DNA of 64,000 bases, from NCBI GenBank assembly GCA_051252135.1, contig JBPOGH010000012.1, positions 32,001 through 96,000 on the forward strand. The letters are read 5' to 3'. A program made the position numbers and the translations under genes. Position 1 is the stretch's first letter, and each line of letters starts with the position of its first letter. The notes beneath the pieces were generated by a model that saw only the letters and a program-made list of their open reading frames with translations, made no database searches and was not told the origin of the DNA. Shown piece after piece: positions 61,311 through 64,000 of the stretch. The DNA is from Verrucomicrobiaceae bacterium (lineage in GTDB: Bacteria; Verrucomicrobiota; Verrucomicrobiia; Verrucomicrobiales; Akkermansiaceae).

Positions 61311-61335
61311 CACCGGAGGGCTCCCCCTCCCGGTG
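61311..61335 (+). terminator. Hairpin after glyQS
   Basis: CACCGGAGGG-CTCC-CCCTCCCGGTG (one bulge); weak U-tract. Confidence 0.4.
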
Positions 61336-61413
61336 CCTTCGCGGCGTCTACCTGGATTCCCCCATCAGGGAAAGAAAACTGGATTGATTGGCGTCCTCCC
61401 CTAAAACGGTCCC

Positions 61414-62865
61414 GTGGATGTCATCCCTCTCATCCCCCCGATTGTCGCGCTCGTCCTCATCTTATGGACTAAGAACGCTGCCCTCTCCCTGGGCTCCGCC
61501 GTCCTCACCGGAATCCTCATCATCCATTCCGGATCCCCCCTCCCCGCCCTTCAGGGACTTCTAAAAGACATCCTCATTCCCGTCTTCCAAAGCCTCTGGA
61601 ACATCAGCGCCATCGTCTTCACCCTCACCCTCGGCTCCTTCGCCACCATCCTTGAGAAAGGCGGAGGCTTCACCGCCATCCTCCACCGACTCCTCAAAAA
61701 AGAGACCTCCGACCCCAAAAAACGCCTCCTCTTCGGCATCTACGGCCTCGGCCTCCTCTGCTTCTTCGATGGCCTCGCCAATGCCATCCTCCTCGGCCGC
61801 ATCTCACGCCCCCTCACCGATGCCCTCCGCATCTCACGCCAGTTCCTCGCCTACCTCATCGACTCCACCAGCTCTTGTGTCGCCTGCGTCGCCTTCATCT
61901 CCACCTGGATCGCCACCCAACTCTCACTCATCCGGGAAGGTCTCAAAGATTCCGCCATCACCACCAGCCCTGCCGAACTCTTTTTCGCCTCCATCCCCGC
62001 CAACCCCTACTGCCTCCTCACCCTCCTCCTCATCCCCCTCGTCATCGCCCGCTCCTGGCACCCCGGCCCCATGAAAAAGGCCCAACCCGTCGAAAACGCC
62101 ACCCCCCTCGACACTCCCGTCACCTCTTCCGCCAAAAGCGCCCTCATCCCACTCGCCGTCCTCGTCCTCGCTCTCTCCGGCTTCATCTACCTCTGGCAAA
62201 GCGGACCCGAGCGCTCCTGGCAAAACGCCTTTTCCTCCCCCGGCGTCCCCTACGCCATGATGACCGCCGGCTTCGTCGCCCTCCTCGCCGCCTGCCTCTC
62301 CTTTCCAAAGGCCGACCGCAAAAATCTCCCCGACCACATCTTCAAGGGAGCCGCCAGTCTCGCCCCCGCCCTCCTCATCCTCCTCTGCGCCTGGTCCCTC
62401 GGAAAAGTCTTCAATCAACTCGGCACCGCCAATCTCCTCGCCGGACTCCTCCAACAATCCCTCACCCTCGCCTACTTCCCCCTCGCCGTCTTCCTCCTCG
62501 GAGCCCTCATGAGCTTCCTCACCGGATCCTCCTGGGGCACCATGGGCCTCCTCATGCCAATGGTCCTCCCCATCGCCCTCCAGCTCGGTGCCGACGCCAC
62601 CACCATCCCCCTCGTCATCGGTGCCGTCTTCGGTGGTGCCGTCTTTGGCGACCACTGCAGCCCCTTCTCGGACACCACCATCGTTTCCGCCATGGCCTCC
62701 GGTTGCACCCCCACGTCCCACGTCATCACCCAGCTCCCCTACGCCCTCATCACCGCCCTCGGAGCATCACTCGCCTACCTCCTCATGGCCCTCGGCCTCA
62801 CTCCTGCCCTCGCCACCCTCGCCCTCGCCATCTCCTTGGGTGCCTTCGTCCTGACCAGACGCTAA
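61414..62865 (+). CDS. Na+/H+ antiporter NhaC family protein
   Basis: LIPPIVA, FFDGLAN, LAYLIDST, TGSSWGT, GAVFGDHCSPFSDTT, HVITQLPYA. Confidence 0.9.
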   Translation: MDVIPLIPPIVALVLILWTKNAALSLGSAVLTGILIIHSGSPLPALQGLLKDILIPVFQSLWNISAIVFTLTLGSFATILEKGGGFTAILHRLLKKETSDPKKRLLFGIYGLGLLCFFDGLANAILLGRISRPLTDALRISRQFLAYLIDSTSSCVACVAFISTWIATQLSLIREGLKDSAITTSPAELFFASIPANPYCLLTLLLIPLVIARSWHPGPMKKAQPVENATPLDTPVTSSAKSALIPLAVLVLALSGFIYLWQSGPERSWQNAFSSPGVPYAMMTAGFVALLAACLSFPKADRKNLPDHIFKGAASLAPALLILLCAWSLGKVFNQLGTANLLAGLLQQSLTLAYFPLAVFLLGALMSFLTGSSWGTMGLLMPMVLPIALQLGADATTIPLVIGAVFGGAVFGDHCSPFSDTTIVSAMASGCTPTSHVITQLPYALITALGASLAYLLMALGLTPALATLALAISLGAFVLTRR

Positions 62866-62898
62866 GGAAGCGCTGATTTAAGAGGAAGTTGGGAAACA

Positions 62899-63039
62899 CC
62901 AACGACTGAGGACCAACGCCGCTTGAAGTGAAAGGACTCGCAGCCCGTCAGGGTTCACCTCCTGCCTCCTCAGCGAAGCTGCACGTCTTTCAAACCCCAA
63001 AATCAGAACACTCGTTGGGCATCTTTCAGACGGCCTCTA
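62899..63039. repeat. ~140-bp dispersed repeat, copy 2
   Basis: Matches 37959-38100 in the same orientation; lies between convergent genes. Confidence 0.9.
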
Positions 63040-64000
63040 ACTCACCAGGTCCCCAATGCTTCCAAATCCCGGCTCAAAAAGCCGACGATACATCCGCACC
63101 GCATAACCATCGGTCATCCCAGCCAGGAAATCGCACACCAGTCGCGCCCGCTCCTTCTCGCTTCCCGCCCCTTCGATCTCCGCGACATCGCCATCGCCCA
63201 AAAGTTGGAAATTCTGCCCGTCAATCGCTTCCCCTTTCACATAACGCTGTTCCAGCACCTCCCACAACCGCCGCAACATCAAACTCCCCTTGTGCTCCAG
63301 CTGCTTCAGTTGCGGTGATAAAAAGACCACCTCGTAGGCCAACTTCTTGAAGAGTTCACTCTCTTCCCGAACCTCCTCATCCACCGTCACCTTGAAGCCA
63401 TAGCGATGGGACATCTCACTCAAAAAGTTCACATCCCTCTCCAGCCGTGCCGCCCGAATAAACTTCCCGATCCGGCTCCCCACAAATCGCTCAATCCGCC
63501 CGCCCCGGATCGCCCGCACCAACTTGCCCATCGGACTCTCATCGGAACAATCCACCCCCGCCTTCTCCGCCCAACGCTCCACCTTCTCCACCGTTAAAAA
63601 TCCCGCCCGCACACTGTCCGCCAAATCATTCAGCGAGTACGCCGTGTCATCAGCCCAGTCCATGATCTGACACTCGATCGATTTGAACGAATCCCGCACC
63701 TTCCCCGGCACCAGCTCCGCTGGAAAATCCTGCTCGCCCAAGGCCCACGTCAAATCACCCACCTGACTGTCGTAAAGAAAATGGTTCCCCGGATTCTTTC
63801 CCGTCGTCGTCTTGAGTTCACTCCACAGCGATTTGTACTTCAACACCCCGTCCGCAAACGACCGCGTCGGATCCATCCCCGTCCGGCTCTGCGAAAAAAT
63901 CCGGTCGTTCAACAAACGCAGCGTCTGCGCATTCCCCTCAAAGCCACCGTAGTCCGCCATGAAATGATTCAGCGACCGCTCCCCCGCATGACCAAATGGC
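63037..64000 (-). CDS. dgt: dGTP triphosphohydrolase (HD family), 5' end outside the window
   Basis: PFGHAGER at the window edge, FEGNAQTLR, LKY, IMDWADDTAYS..D, DFLAGMTD. Confidence 0.9.
   Translation of the reverse strand, partial: PFGHAGERSLNHFMADYGGFEGNAQTLRLLNDRIFSQSRTGMDPTRSFADGVLKYKSLWSELKTTTGKNPGNHFLYDSQVGDLTWALGEQDFPAELVPGKVRDSFKSIECQIMDWADDTAYSLNDLADSVRAGFLTVEKVERWAEKAGVDCSDESPMGKLVRAIRGGRIERFVGSRIGKFIRAARLERDVNFLSEMSHRYGFKVTVDEEVREESELFKKLAYEVVFLSPQLKQLEHKGSLMLRRLWEVLEQRYVKGEAIDGQNFQLLGDGDVAEIEGAGSEKERARLVCDFLAGMTDGYAVRMYRRLFEPGFGSIGDLVS

Noticed and set aside
63024..63036. AGGCCGTCTGAA on the - strand, matching a Neisseriaceae DNA uptake sequence
   Set aside because: Single occurrence inside the 140-bp repeat and not conserved in the other copy; uptake sequences would recur many times in 64 kb.

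Overview
Bacterial chromosome segment, most likely Verrucomicrobiota (Akkermansiaceae/Haloferula/Roseibacillus-like, inferred from an Amuc_1098-type secretin, SHD1 and PQQ-propeller proteins, and a homodimeric GlyRS). It holds about 52 CDS, one tRNA-Arg(CCG), no integrase, transposase or CRISPR array, and a very strong C-over-G skew on the + strand. Housekeeping genes include parE/parC, pfkA, 2-oxoacid dehydrogenase E1/E2, mtnP, ilvE, glyQS and dgt. Five observations stand out. (1) A 66-aa membrane ORF missed by the ORF track (59364-59564, -) has two in-frame UGA codons, each followed by a SECIS-like hairpin with a GGU loop. It is a candidate double selenoprotein and heads an uncharacterised NRDE / ATP-grasp / acyltransferase / DinB / GNAT operon. 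(2) A pgsB-pgsC-pgsW poly-gamma-glutamate locus runs into a C39-like peptidase / RimK / GCS2 / N-formylglutamate amidohydrolase module, with sigma54-like promoters and an adjacent kinase-NtrC pair. (3) A 47-aa ORF just after parC ends in a beta-clamp-binding-like motif (QLELPF). (4) A ~140-bp repeat occurs twice, each time starting at the TAG stop codon of a gene. (5) An SDR-UxaA-SDR-FAH cluster suggests non-phosphorylative sugar-acid catabolism. All family calls come from motif recognition by eye; no database searches were run.
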